From the human T2T-CHM13v2.0 reference genome, Homo sapiens, in the NCBI RefSeq assembly GCF_009914755.1, contig NC_060929.1: a stretch of 64,000 bases of DNA, one strand, 5' to 3'. Made by a program: the position numbers and the translations under genes. Positions 21,415 to 44,231 of this stretch are shown piece after piece. The notes under the pieces are model-generated. The model ran no database searches. It saw only the letters and a list, made by a program, of their open reading frames with translations, and had not been told where the DNA came from. Position 1 is the first letter of the stretch. The number at the start of each line of letters is the position of its first letter.

Positions 21415-22329
21415 TAATTTCCTTTTTAACCTTCCTTGACATTTATCCATTAATACATGTAAATCTAATTCATTCATTTAATATTTCATTCTGTAAATAT
21501 ACCACGATTTATCTGTTGCTTTGTGATGGTCATTTAGGTTGTTTCCAGCTTTTCTCTATTACAAACAGTGTTACTGTGAACCTTCTAAAAATGTTTCTTT
21601 GTGCATATGTACTAGAGTTTCTCTAGGGTATATACTTAAAAATGTTACTGCTGGATTGCAGGATGTACACATCTTTAACTTAATTAGATTTTGCCAAATT
21701 GCTCTCCAAAGTGGTGGTGTCAATTTGCACTCCACTAGAAGTGTATAAGATATTCTATGTTTCCAAGTGCTCACCAACACTGGGTGTTATTGAACCTGTT
21801 AATTACTATCACTCCTCTGAGGGTGAAATTGTATTGCAATGTATATTTAAACAGCATTTTCCTAATTATTAATGAGATTGAGTAACCTTTCATTTGTTTA
21901 CTGGCTATCAAGTTTCCTTCTGTGATCTGCATGTTCATATCTTTGTCCAGTTTGTATTAGATTATCTTTTTCTTAAGAATTTCCTTATGTAGTCTGGATA
22001 CTAATGCGTTATTTATTGTATGACTATAAATATCTTGCTTCAAATTATATGCCTTGTGTTTTTACTTTGCTTATGGTGTCTTTTGAAGTATAGACTTTAA
22101 AACACTTGTTTGTAAAATAGGTAGTATAATCACATGGTTAACACTATTGTAATTACTTAATTCCACTGGTGTACCTTTGTCTGTCCCTACAGCAATACAA
22201 CTGTGTTTTAATTATTGTAGCTTTATAAGAAAACTTACCTGGTAAGATTAATTCTGTCATTCCCTGTGCCCCAGATTGTCTTGGTTATTCTTGGCCTTAT
22301 TGGCATTTGATTGGATTTAATTGGAATTA

Positions 22330-22664
22330 GGCACTGCATAATGATGTTTCAGCCAATGATGGACCACATATGTGATAGTGGTCCCATAAGATTATAATGG
22401 AGCTGAAAAAGTGCTTTTCTATGTGTAGATTCGTTTAGATACACAAATACTTACCATTGTGTTATAATTGCCTATAGTATTGAGTACAGTAACATGCTGT
22501 ACAGGCTTGTAGCCTAGGAGCAATATGCTGTACCATATAGGCTAGGTATGTAGTAGGCTATACCATCTAGGTTTGTGTTAACTATGATGTTCACACAATG
22601 ATGAAACCACTTAATTATGCATTTCTCAGAACATATCCCTGTCCTTAAGTGGTGTGTTACTGTA
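22330..22664. mobile_element. Tigger3a-type MITE, opposite orientation to the 2540 copy
   Basis: gctgtacaggcttgtagcctaggag is the reverse complement of the 2540-2805 core; ends ...tactgta. Confidence 0.75.
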
Positions 22665-22758
22665 CATAACATTTATGGATTAATTTGGGGGAAAATTTCT
22701 ATCTTTAGGATACTAGGCCTTCCTAGTCATGAACATAACATATATCATCATTTAAAAA

Positions 22759-23087
<329 letters not shown>

Positions 23088-23670
23088 TAATGTCTTTTAT
23101 AAACATATAATTTTCTCCATAAAACACCTGCGTACTTTTTGGTTAGATTTATTTTTTGGTATGTTGTATTTTTGTGCTATTATATATTATGTATTACTTA
23201 AAAATTACATTTTCTAATTGTTACTATTATATAAGATCACAACCAACTTTTCTATATCTATTGGCAAAGTTACCAAACTCTTATTAGTTCTTAATAGTTT
23301 ATCTTTAGAAACTCTTGGATTTTGTATGCATTTACATCCACTGTAAATAATGATACTTTAATTTTTTCTTATGCAGTTCTTATGCTTGCCATCTGTCTGT
23401 CTCTCTACCTTACTACACTTGCTAGGACCTCCAGCTCCATACTGAAAGGAGGGAGCCATCCTTGATTTGTTGTTGACTCTAAAGCGAATGGGTTTAACAT
23501 TTCACCTTAAATGTGATGTATTGTTTCATTACCTCCGTTAATTAAGATAATATTAATAGCGCCTATAACAAGCATCAAAATCTCAGTGTCTATAATAAGT
23601 TTATTTCTTGCTCAATTAAATTTCAAAACATGTATTGCTGATGGGTGGCCAGTCTCCGAAAGATCACTTA

Positions 23671-23950
<280 letters not shown>

Positions 23951-24390
23951 GCAGAGTAGGATTTCATGGGCTAGGTCTGGAAGTGGTGTGCACCACTGAT
24001 GCCTGCTTTCAAATCAAACTCCAGGTGATGTGCAGGCCTCTCCTTTAAGTCCTGATGTAGTTTCTTGTCATGTGGGGATCCATGAACTCAAAAGACAAGT
24101 CCCAGCCCCCCTACCCCCCGTGCCCCCAGTGAATGACCGGTGGTGTTGCAAGCACAGGAAAAAGCACAATAAGAATTTGTATTCAGAAAAAGGAAGAGGA
24201 GATACATAGCCGTGCCTGGTCAGTAGCAATGATTAAAAGCTGCCAGGTAGGCATTGGGAGGTCGCTCTGCCCGCTCAGTTTCAAGTGCCAGCAGTCTCAT
24301 CCAAAGATCATTACTAGAGGGAATTCTCAAATCTGACTTATTTCCTAAGGAAATTGCCATCTATTCCTAATTTATTAGGAGTGTGTGTGT

Positions 24391-24858
<468 letters not shown>

Positions 24859-25863
24859 TGAATGGGTATTGAATTTTATCAAATGTTTTTTCTGTATCTA
24901 CTGAGGTGATCACAAATTTTTCTTCTTTAATGTGTTAATGGAGTGAATTACATTAATAGATTTTCTAAAGTTGATCTACACTTGTATGACTGGGATATTC
25001 CCTTCTTGATCACGAGGTATTCTAAAATCTGACTTGCTAGAATTTTATTTAGAATTTTTCTATCTATTGCTCTTGAGTGAGATTGGCCCATAATTTTCAT
25101 TTCTTTTACTGTTCTCATATGGCATTTGTTTCAGGGTTTACTAGTGTCATAAAATGAATTGAGGAGCTTTTCCTTTTCTATTTTCTGGAACATTTTATGT
25201 AAGATAGAATTGCCTCTTAAACTGTCTGGGCCTAGTGCTTTTGTTTTTGTGTGTAGATTAACTATTGATTTGCTTCCTTTTGTAGACTTACCTGGGTTTT
25301 CCATTCCTTTTTGAGTTTGTTTTGGCAAAACATTTTTTCTAGGAAATGGTCCATTTCATTTAGGTTTTTATATGAATTGCATAACGTTGTTCATAGTGAT
25401 CTTTTGTTTTAAAACATCTTTGCTTAATCTGTGAAAACTGTGTCTTCTTGTTCATACTTAATATTGTTTATAGTCTTTTTCCTGATCAGTCCTGCTGTGC
25501 ATTTGCTATTCTATTAGTTTTTGTAAAGAGTCAGCTCTTGTTTTTTTCAATCCTTTTTATAATTTGTTTTCTACTTTTAAAATGTCTCCTCTTCCTACTC
25601 TATTTTTGGCCTTCTACTTTCTTTGGTTTTACTCTGCTGTTCTTCTTGTGATTTCTTGAATTAAATGCTCAGATCTCTGATATTTAACCTTCTATTCTTT
25701 TCTAATGTAGGCATTCTTTTGTAATGTATACATTTCTATTACTTCATGTGCAGTATAAAGCTCTGATATATATCTCTAATATATCAACTAGTATATTTAT
25801 GATTTGATATATCTATGCATATCAAGATATATGTATGTATATGTATAGTTATATCTCTGGTAA

Positions 25864-26224
<361 letters not shown>

Positions 26225-26524
26225 ATAATTACACATTTAAGTCTCCAAATGTATGGAGATTCTTTGGTCAGCTTTTTAGTCACTGATTTCTATTTTATTG
26301 CATTGTGGTCAGATAATATGCTCTATGATTTTGATTCTGTGGTAGTTATTGGAAATTTTCTTTGGCATTGTACCTAGTAAATGGTTAGTTTTTTGTATAG
26401 TTTCATGTGAGTTTGAAAAAAATTGTATTTTTTTCTAAATTCTATATGTAAGGTTCTATATACATCTATGGATCAAGCTTATTGTGTGGCTCAAATATTC
26501 TGTATTTTCATCAGCTTTTTAAAT

Positions 26525-26803
26525 TTATTTATTTATTAAGTACAGTGGTGTAATCTTTGCTCAGTGCTCTGCCTCCTGGGTTCAAGTGAATCTTGTGCTT
26601 CAGCCTACTGAGTAGGGATGCTACTATTACAGGCGCATTAGGATTACAGATGTGCCACCACACTCAGCTAATTTTTGTATTTTTAGTAGAGATGGGGTTT
26701 TGCCATGATGGCCAGGCTGGTCTCGAACTCCTGACCTCAAGTGATCCACCTGCCTCGGCCACCCAAACTGCTGGGATTACAGGCATGAGCCACTGCGTCT
26801 GGC
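26525..26803 (-). mobile_element. Alu, rearranged or partly deleted
   Basis: Alu consensus with a duplicated attacag segment. Confidence 0.8.
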
Positions 26804-28465
26804 CATTTTTATCAGTTTTTATTTGTTCAAGACAATTACTGAGAGAGCTATGATGCTCTCTCTCTCTCTGCTGTGATGATAGATTTGTCAGTTCCTCGTA
26901 ACACTATCAGTTTTGCTTTATATATTTTGAGGCTATGTTTTTAGAATTTGTTTTATCTGCCTGATGAGTGGACACTTTTATCAGGTAGTAACTGTCTTTA
27001 TTCCTGCTGTTTGCCTTAAAGTCTATTGTCAGGTATTAATATGACTACAACAGTTTGTTTTTAAAAAATTATTTCTTGGTGTGTATTTCTAATCCATTGT
27101 TTAAAAAATTTATGTATATTTTATTGAGATATAATTCACATACCATAAAATCTATCATTTTAAAGTATACAATTCAATGGTGGTTATAGTTTATTCACAC
27201 AGTTGTGCAATAATCACCACAATCTTTTTCCAGAACATTTTCATCTGCCAAAGAAATACTATAGTTAGCTGTCAATCTCCATTTTCCTCTCCCCCAGCCC
27301 CTGGCAGCCATGAATCTCTCTGTCTCTATAGATTTGCTTATTCTGGGCATTTCATATAAATGCACTCATATGACACATGCCCTACTGCTGTGCCTGTCTT
27401 CTTTCACATAGCATAAGGTTTTCAAGGTTCATTCAGGTTGTAGCATGAATCAGTATTTCACTCCTTATTATGGCTGAATAGCAGTCAGAGTTTTTTCTGA
27501 TACTTTTTCATACTTTTTCTAGTTTCCCTGAGCTAATGGGTAAATTTTTCTCCAGATCACTCTTTCTCTGAAGATAAATTCCTTTGAGTGTCTCAGGTTT
27601 ATTCAGGAATCTCAGTTGACAATGTTTCACCTCGCTTGGGTCCGAGGTTTTATCTCTGTTCACACTTGTGTATCACAACCCAAGCCCCAATTTGTCCATA
27701 CTTTCTCGTATTTATCTTTTTCTTTATTGTTTTTTTGTAGTTTTTCTTTTTCTTGGCTGTACAATTTTAAAGGTATTTGTTTTCTTTTCTCCAGCATTTC
27801 TGGGTAGTAGTGGATTTTTTTTTTTAAACATGGTTCATGATATTGCCAGAAACAGAAGTCTTTTAATAAACATTTTAATATAAGATATAACATAATGCAC
27901 AAAGTACATATAACATAAATGTACAGTTCCATGAATAATTATAATCACTACCAGGCCAAGGAATAGAACATTGTAAACACCCAAGAACCTCTCTTTGTGC
28001 CTCTTCTTTGTAGTAATCTCTTCTCTTTTCTCCTGATTCTGACTTTTGGGATAACCATTTTCTTGTCTCTCTTCATAGTTTTATTACTTATATGTGTCTG
28101 TGATAAAGGACAGTTTAATTTAATTTTGGCTGTTTTTGAGCTATGTCTACCCTTTTGTTTGACATGTTTGTGAGACTTATTTGTAATGTTTTGTGTAGCT
28201 GTACTTAGTTCATTTTCATTGCTGTATTCCATTATATAAACGTATCATTTTTTTCTTTGTTCTGCTACTGAAGGATATTTGCATTGTTTCCAGCCTTTGC
28301 TATTACAACAACTGCTGCAATGACTATTCATGAACATGTACCCTGGTGTATGTATTCCAGCAACATTTATTGAAAAAGTTTGTCTTTTCCCCACCAATCT
28401 GGAGTGCTACCTCTGCTATAGATAACATTTTCATATATACATATATTTATTTCTGATTCCTATAT

Positions 28466-33981
<5,516 letters not shown>

Positions 33982-34102
33982 ATCGATTCCTATATTGTTT
34001 CATTGACCTGTTTGTCTAATGTTGCTCAGTTACATACTGTCTTAATTACTATAACTTTATATTAAGTCTTGTATTTGATAGAGTAAGTCCTCCCAAACTT
34101 TC

Positions 34103-34440
<338 letters not shown>

Positions 34441-34507
34441 TGACATTTTAAACTTCCATATAAATTTTAGAATTAGCTTGCCAAAATCCTTTCTTAAAAT
34501 TGTAATT

Positions 34508-34661
34508 GGGCGGGCAACTGTAGTCCCAGCTACTCAGGATGCTGAGGCAGGAGAATGGTGTGAACCTGGGAAGTGGAGCTTGCAGTAAGCTGAGATTGCA
34601 TCACCACACTCCAGCCTGGGCAACAGTGCGAGACTCCATCTCAAAAAAAAAAAAAAAAAAA
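34508..34661 (+). mobile_element. 5'-truncated AluY-like right arm
   Basis: gaatggtgtgaacc and ggagcttgcagt diagnostics, long A-tail, TSD aattggg. Confidence 0.85.
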
Positions 34662-34985
34662 TTGGGATTGCAATTATTCTCTAAATCAGTTTGGGATAAA
34701 TTAACATTGTTATATTATTAAATCTTCCAATCAACATGGTATATCTTTCAATTTAATGTTTTTAATGTCTCTCAAAGTTCTAGAATTCTCTTTAGAGAGA
34801 TCTTATATATCTTTATTGATTTTATTCCTATTAAAAATGTTATTATAATGGTATTTTTTTTAAAAATGCATTTAAACTGTTGCTGTTATGGAAAAATATA
34901 ATTATGTTTGTTGTATTAATTCTTCATCATCAACCTTGCTAAACTCTGTTGCTAATTTTAATAATGTATCTTGTATATTCATTTT

Positions 34986-35259
34986 AATTTTCTTTTCGTA
35001 GAGAGAGGGTTTTGCTGTGTCGCCCAGGCATGCAGTGGCACAATTATAGCTCACTGCAGCCTCGCTGGGCTTAAGCAAGTTTTCCAAGTAGCTGGGACTA
35101 CAGGCATGTGCCACCATGCCCAGCTAATTTTAAAATTTTTTGTAAGACTGAGTCTGGCTTTGTTGCCCAGGCTGGTCTGGAGCTCCTGGCCTCAAGCAAT
35201 CCTCACGCCTTAGCCTGCCAAATTGTTGGGACTACAGGCATAAGCCACCTAGCCCAGCC
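34986..35259 (-). mobile_element. AluJ (diverged)
   Basis: Alu consensus. Confidence 0.8.
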
Positions 35260-35949
35260 CCCTCATTTGAATTTTTTACATATACAATTATATAGTCTTG
35301 TTTCTTTCCAATTCTTACACCTTTTGTTTCTATTTCTTACTTTATTGATCTGGCTAGGACTATAGTGTACAGTGTACAGTGCTAAGTCAAAGTGGATCCT
35401 TGCCTTATTCCCTGTCTAAAAGGAGGCACTCTCAATGTTTTACTTTAATATTTTTACTTCAGTGAAGCATGTTTGCTATAGACCTTCATCTCTAATAATT
35501 AAGACAATTTCTGTTTCTACTTTGCTTAGAGGAAATCATGAATATGAATGAATTTGGGATTTTCTCAATGCTTTTTCTACATCTCTTGAGATGCTCATAT
35601 GCTTTTCCTTTAAGCTGATAATGTGAATTACATCAATTTTTTTTTCTAATGTTAAATCAACTTTGCATTTCTGGGATTCATCCAACTTACACATAATGCA
35701 CTATCCTTTTTTCTAAATTGCTGGATTTAGTTTGCTGATATTTTGTTTAGCATATTGGTATTTACATTATGAGTAAAATAGGCTTGTAATTGTCCCTTTC
35801 TGGGGTTGTTCTTATTTTCTAGTATTGCAACCTGAGTTGGGGATTTTTTTCATCCCTTTCTATTCTCTGGAAGAGTTTGTGTAAAACTGGTGTTACATCT
35901 TCCTTAAATGTTAATATTCACTGGTGACACCATCTGGCCCTGGAGGTTT

Positions 35950-37460
<1,511 letters not shown>

Positions 37461-38213
37461 CCTGTAACTCTTGCCCCCATTTCCCTGTGAGGCCACTGGA
37501 AGGAAAGCCCAAGTGTGTGTGGAGAGACAAGCGCTGTTGGGAGAGAAGCAGCTCCCTGCCCTGCCCCTGTCTCTGGGCGCTCACTTCTCCATTCTTTCCT
37601 CACCTCCTGTATGATGTTCTTTAACATTTTTTATTTTTAAAAAATTTTTAAAAGTGTTTTTAGTGGTAAAATTGTTCTGAATGATTTAATCTTCCCCCTG
37701 AAGAGGAAGGGAAATCTGACCATTGTTTCTGAGGTAGAAGTTGGTGAGGCACTTACATACTTGGTGGTAGCCCAAGGGGAATTCTTGCCTGGGTGTAGGA
37801 ATGAGTCCATCTTCTTCGGCTCATCTGTTTTGTTTTCCTTCCCTCCTTTGCGCAGGAAGGAATAGGTAGGATCTACAGGCTCTGTAATCGTGTCTCACTC
37901 TTGGGAGATAACAGTCTCCCCTCAGGGTGCCCCTGTTCACCAAAGACATGAGTCCTTGTTCCTGACTGCTGCAAAGGGAGCAAGGGTGGACAGGGAACCA
38001 TGCTGTCTGTGTTGCACCTGTACCACTCACGAGTGAGTGTCAGTGTCAGATTTCTCTTAATCTTGATCACAGAAGTGATATAAACAGTTTACTGTAGAAG
38101 TTCTAGACAATAGAAATAAACATGTAGAGGAAAACCAGATCCACTTATAATCCCACAACACGGTGTTTAACATTTTGGCCTATTCCCACTTGCCCCTGAC
38201 CCCCGAATTCTAC

Positions 38214-38490
38214 TTTTTTTTTTTTTTTGAGACAGGGTCTCACTCTGTCACCCAGGCTGGAGTGCAGTGGCGTGATCTCGGTTCACTGCAACCTCCACCT
38301 CCTAGGCTCAAGTGATCCTCCTACCTCAGCTGGGACTACAGGTGTGTGTCACCACACCCAGCTAATTTTTGTATTTTTTGTTGAGATGGGGTTTTGTCGT
38401 GTTGCCCAGGCTGGTCTCCAACTCTCGGGCCCAAGTGATCCACCCACCTTGGCGTCCCAAAGTAGTGCTAGGATTACAGGCATGAGCCAC
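38214..38490 (-). mobile_element. AluJ/S
   Basis: Alu consensus. Confidence 0.85.
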
Positions 38491-39359
38491 CAGGCCACCC
38501 ACCCCCAACTCCGCCCGCCCCCGCACTCCAGTATTCTTTTATAAAATGAGAATATACAGCATGCATTTTCTTATATCCTGAAGAAATGTGAGTGAGCTTA
38601 CCTAGCAGTGCATCGGGAGATGCTGATTCAGATTGCCCTGCAGGTTCCAGAGAGCCTGATCAGTGGGAGCACAGGGCCTGGCTCCTTTTAGGGTTCACCA
38701 AGGGTCTGGTTTATAAGTCACATTCTCTGTCTTGTGCCCCAGGGATGCTGAAAGTCTCCCTGTTGTTGCTCTACCTGGGAGTGCATTCTCCCCATTGCAT
38801 ACAGGGTGGGTCCTGGGGGTCGTCACTTCCCATCCCTTCTTCCTGGGCCGCCCAGTTCCACTGGTCACTGCTGACCAATATCTCCTGCTTGGTAACTGGA
38901 TTTCACTTTGGCAGGAGACTCTGGTTCAAGGGGAGGAACTCTGAACATGGGGATTATGGCCAGTGGCCTTGGATAAGTGAGAGTTAAGGAAGCATAAACT
39001 AATTTTCTTTGGATGGAAGTTTACACATAAAGATGATACTCACCTAGACTTGCAGATAATATGATGTACTATTTATTGCATAAATACATTTGATTTTAAA
39101 ACAATATTAATTTTAGCTCTGGGCATATCCAGCCTTAGCTAACTGAAAATTGTAGCTCTGGGACCATCTGCTGGCTACTCTCCAGACTGCCACACTGGTC
39201 TGGGAAGCTGGCTCTCTTGGGATGGAGGTTAGAGCAAAGCCCCTGCTATAGGTAGCTTTTGCTTCCCGGGGTCTGCAGGGAAGTGAGGCTGGAGCAGCTG
39301 CAGTTCAGACATTTTCATGGTGGTGGATATCTCGGGCAGCAGGATCAGCAGTTACAGTA

Positions 39360-39530
39360 TGCGTTCTGACCACAGACATAGATTCGAATTCTGGCTCTGC
39401 TGCTCTGAGCCTCAGCTTCCTCTTCTGTAAAGTGGGGATAATAATAACACGTACCTTGTTGGGTGGTTATAAGGTTTAAAAACAGGTGCTTATTAAGTGC
39501 TTATCACAGGGCTAGGCACATGTAGTAGTT
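39360..39530 (+). mobile_element. MIR
   Basis: ctctgagcctcagcttcctcttctgtaaagtggggataataa core. Confidence 0.7.
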
Positions 39531-39611
39531 TACACCTCCAGGAGAGATGGGGAGCAGTACCTTGTTTATGTCACTGTGATGATTAATGTTATGTCAGCTT
39601 GGCCAGGCCAC

Positions 39612-39960
39612 TGCTAAAGACTGAATGTTTGTGTTCCCCACAAATTCATATCTTGAAAACCAGCCCCCATTGTGATGGTACTTGGAGGTGGGGCCTTTGC
39701 GAGGTGATTAGGGTATGAGAGTGAATGGGATTGGAGCCCTTAGAAAGAGGCTCCTGGAAGCTCCTTTGCCCCTTCCACCACGTGAGGACACAGTGAGAAG
39801 ATGGATGCCTAGGAACCAGGAAGTGGCCTCTCACCAGACACCAAGTCTGTTGCTGTCTTGATCTTGGGCCTCCCAAACTCCAGAATGATGAGAAATAAAT
39901 TAGTTTATAAGCAACAAAGTCTGTGGTATTTTGTTATAGCAGCCTGAACAGACTAAGACA
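39612..39960 (+). mobile_element. MLT1A/MST-like MaLR solo LTR
   Basis: TG...CA ends (tgctaaagactgaatgtttgtg ... gaacagactaagaca). Confidence 0.8.
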
Positions 39961-40032
39961 GCCGTGGTCTCTGGTGTGTAGTCAAATACTACTCTAGATG
40001 ATTCTGTGAAGGTATTTTAAAAATGAGATTAA

Positions 40033-40409
<377 letters not shown>

Positions 40410-41169
40410 TAGGTGAGCTCCATTCAATCAGTTGAAGGCCATAATAGAAAAAGACTGGCCTCCCCTTAAGGAGGGGATTCTGCCAGCAGGCGGCCTCTGG
40501 ACTCAAACTGCAACTCTTCTCTGGGTCTCCAGCTGCTGCCTACCAGGCCGATTTTGGCCTTACCAGCCTCCATAGTCACATGAGCCAATTCCTTAAAATA
40601 GATCTCTCTTTCTGTCTCTTTCTTCATATATACACACGCACCCTAGGGGCCCTGCCTAATACTGTCATAGCATAGCCGTCTTTAAGCTCACTGAAGGCAG
40701 GTGCTGTGTCTCCTTTGTTCAGCCCTCTGTGGGTCATACCCGGCACAGTGCTGGCTCCCCGTTAGTAGCCTGGTGATTACTGGGCACTTCCCACTTTCTA
40801 TGTCTCAGTTAGAAGGTCTGCCCCAGTGAGAGCCAAGAGTGGGCGGGGTAATGGATTAATGTCTGGAGCTATAGTGAATTTTTAGTGCCTGCCAGGGCAG
40901 ATGGTGGGCACTTTTGAACCGGATGTGGTTGTGCATTTTGGGAGCTGAAACTTCCACATGGAGAAGAGAGACTTCTGGGTCCAGATGCCTGCCTTTGTCG
41001 AGCCACTCTTTGGACTGGGCCAGAGCACGACTATCGCACTGTGATGAGCAGGAACCTGCAATTGCGATGGAAAGGTGGGAGAAGGACGCAGAGTGGTTTT
41101 GCCTTAATCAGTTCTCACTTTAACAACTGCAAACAGACTGGCACCAGAAAAAGGTGACTTTTCTCAAGT

Positions 41170-41175
41170 TTTATT
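41170..41175 (-). terminator. Candidate distal poly(A) signal AATAAA for an extended FSTL4 3' UTR
   Basis: tttatt on the + strand, preceded in the transcript by ~300 nt of AU-rich, UGUA-containing sequence and followed by U/GU-rich sequence. Confidence 0.6.
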
Positions 41176-44100
41176 GTAAAATCCTCAGAAAAAGAGCATT
41201 TACAATGACAATAGTTTATGATAATTTGGAGTCATGGTTATACCAAGTGGTACTGTAAATACACCATGTGTTCAATACTGTGTAATAGGTCAAAGTAAAC
41301 ACAAACTTATTTCAAATGCCACATACAGTTACTGTGTTGGTACAAATTTCTACTAAAGTTGATGTATTAAAAATAATTTATATATATTTTATAAATAAGG
41401 AAAAATTCACATGTATAATAATTACAGGAAGCCTTTTGAGAAATACAGGTGATTACAGAAAATATATTTTGGAGGCTAGACAATGGTTCAAAATAATGTA
41501 ATCTGCCTTGACATGAGAGATCCGAGAGTTTTCTGAGGTGGGGAAGCATGAGACTCGAATAGGACAAATGATGTGTGTGGCTTCACATCTTGAGGGTCAC
41601 TCAGCTGCACTACAGCATGAAATGGTGTGTGTGACCACGCCAGCAAAACTCCATGCCCAGTTCTGCTTTGAGATAATCTCACACAGCCTTTGGGAAGCAT
41701 GAGAAGCAAGGGAAAGGTAGGAAGCCACAGGGCCAGGCTAGGAAGGATGAGGGGGCCGGCCAGCCGCGGGAGCCAGGCAGGGAGGGAGTCGGGAACTGTG
41801 GGTCTGTGGTATGCGGCTTGCAAACCTGTTTCTCTCACCTGTCCCAAGTAGCACAGGACCCACAACGCTTCAACCTATGGCAGATGTCATGCTGGGCAGT
41901 GGATAAAGGTTTAGATTTGGGGCATTTTCTCAAGTTAGAGCTCTTGGGCCTCACAACCCAGCCAATACTGGTTGCTCTTACTCAGAAACAAAGCTCTGAT
42001 CCTGAAGAGGGTGCCTCTGAAGGGCAGCAATCTCTGATCTGGCCGAGCACATGTCGCCAAGCTTGGTGTAGGGGTAAGTCAATGGTTATTGCTTTGTGGA
42101 GTGCTGGCTGAGCCCTCGAAAGCCCTCTAGGGCATGGCCCATGTTCTCTGGGGCCACATGAGCAAGGGCTGGTTCCATATATGTAAAGATGAGCTTGGAA
42201 AGAAGCGTGCATGAATTGTGTGTGTGTTTTTTAAAGTGCATGCTAAATACTCTGGTGCTGGCTAAAGAAGCCTCGCTATGAATTTTGGAGGATAATCCCC
42301 ACTCTTGTATTCTCCATAATTTCATACGTTGTTATTTAGTTAAATTAGGCTTCCCCACTTGCTGCCCACAGCTCCAAAGGAGGATGTGGATGCACAGGAC
42401 AATGCTTGTTGGTGTCCCAGGGTCTGCTGCATGGCTGCTGCCTAAAGCATGCAGACCCAAATAAGATGCTCAAATCCTCATGTGACTTAGCAGGTAACCT
42501 GGTATAGATAAAAGCAGGGAGTGGATTGCATTCCACTGGCTACCTGGGGTCTTGTAGTCACACTCTGAAGATAGGCACTGTATTTTTTTTTTCCCTTGAA
42601 TTTTTAAGCATCTCTGTTTTATGATCTCTATAATTTTGGAGAGAAACCAAGGCAGCTAGTGACTTTCTTGAACAAAATTTCTTTGCCTACACGCCAGTTT
42701 GGGAGGACATAGTAGTATCTGGCCTATGAAGGACTTCTGGCTTGTACCCCAAAGCAGGAAAGCGGCACGGGCAAAGACCACGGGGTAGGGGCTCGTGTAG
42801 CGGTCAGGTCAGTTGCTCCTTGAATGGTAGGAGCTGTTGTGGAATGGCTCATGAGCAGGGGGCCTGAGACACAGGAATGGAACAGGAAAGAGGGGAGAAT
42901 AAAAAGGGAGTCGGAGGGAGGCTGCGGGGCTTGGGTCCTCTGAGAGATGATGCTTGGCTGAGATGTCGTGGTCTCGCTATTCCTGCTGGACGACACCTGA
43001 CTTCCCTGATGGTTTCCAGCCAGCTCTCTCCAGTCTTGGTCATCTAACTCCAAAGGTCTGCAAGCGAGGGTTTGGAGGGTGTGATTCTGGGCAGCAAGGG
43101 GCTGTGTCCCTATGGGTTCTGGCTGTACTTGGAGTGGAACCTGGGGTCCTGGGTGGGGGAGGCTGTCGAGGACTTCTGTGGCAGTGCTTCAATCTTATGT
43201 TACCTGCCTGGCCTCCTGGCTGGGGGTGGAGGGGAGTAGCATTCCGGGGGTGCTGGGTGCAGGGGCAAGTGTGAGGTAGATTGGTGGATGCATAGGAAGG
43301 AGCTGGGAGTGGTAGTGTCAACTCTCCTGGAGGCTTGCTTCTGAAAAGGAGGTTTGAAGAGTGGGAGAGAGAGTTGTGGGATTTGCTAGTGAAGACGGTT
43401 TGTTGTCTGTAATAATGGAATGAAACACATCATGATAAATGATCAACTATACTTTTTAAGCCCCTTGTAGAAAAATATATCCAGAGTGAATCTGTTTCAC
43501 ATCTCAGTTCTGAAATCTTCTTTAGTTCACAGGTTATTGGTCGACAGAAAACAAGATGTGGCCGTACAAAGCCAACTCCTGGCTGCTTTCCTAAATGAAG
43601 ACTCAGTGGTTGCAATCTCTATGGCAGCAGGCCGTTCTCTCCTTTATTTGGGGTTGAAAGCCGGCTTCCAGTGCCTACCTGGAATGGGGAGCCTTGTCTG
43701 GACAGATGGAGATGGGGAGATGTCTGGGTTGGGGGTGGGAATTGTAGGGGTTGAGTTTCTGTCTCTGGTGATGCTATCTCTAGGTCAAAGTACCTGAAGT
43801 TTGGTATTAGTAGTTGGCTCCAGCCAGGATTTACAGGGCTCTTCTAGCTTCTTCCTGGAGCTTGGGGAAAAGTAGGACACTCGAATGACTTGGAGACTGA
43901 AGAAATAAGCCTGGGCCAGCCCCAGGCAGGGTGGGCTGGGTCAGTGTTGGTGAGGCTGGGATGATAGCTTTGGCCGTGGGTGCAATGCCCATCAACCCTC
44001 CTCATGCAGGCAGGTCGTGCCATCGTCCCGAAGCTGACAGTCCCCCTTCCTGCCATCCGTCTGGGGCTGCCTGGGTGGGCTTTTGGACCCGGAGCCTTTA

Positions 44101-44225
44101 TGCAAGGTTCTGCCCACTGGAGCAGAAGAATGAGGGCCTCTATTTCAAAGCCTTCCTGTCACCACAGGTGCAGATTTTTTGTCATTTTGGGAAAAAAAAA
44201 ACTATCGAATTTTTGTAAAATTAAT

Positions 44226-44231
44226 TTTATT
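44226..44231 (-). terminator. Poly(A) signal AATAAA (main FSTL4 site)
   Basis: tttatt on the + strand, AU-rich upstream sequence and a U-tract downstream (44201-44192). Confidence 0.75.

Noticed and set aside
43140-43270. G-rich tracts (possible G-quadruplex) on the + strand
   Set aside because: Irregular G-runs that are C-rich on the mRNA strand; common in such sequence with no specific support.
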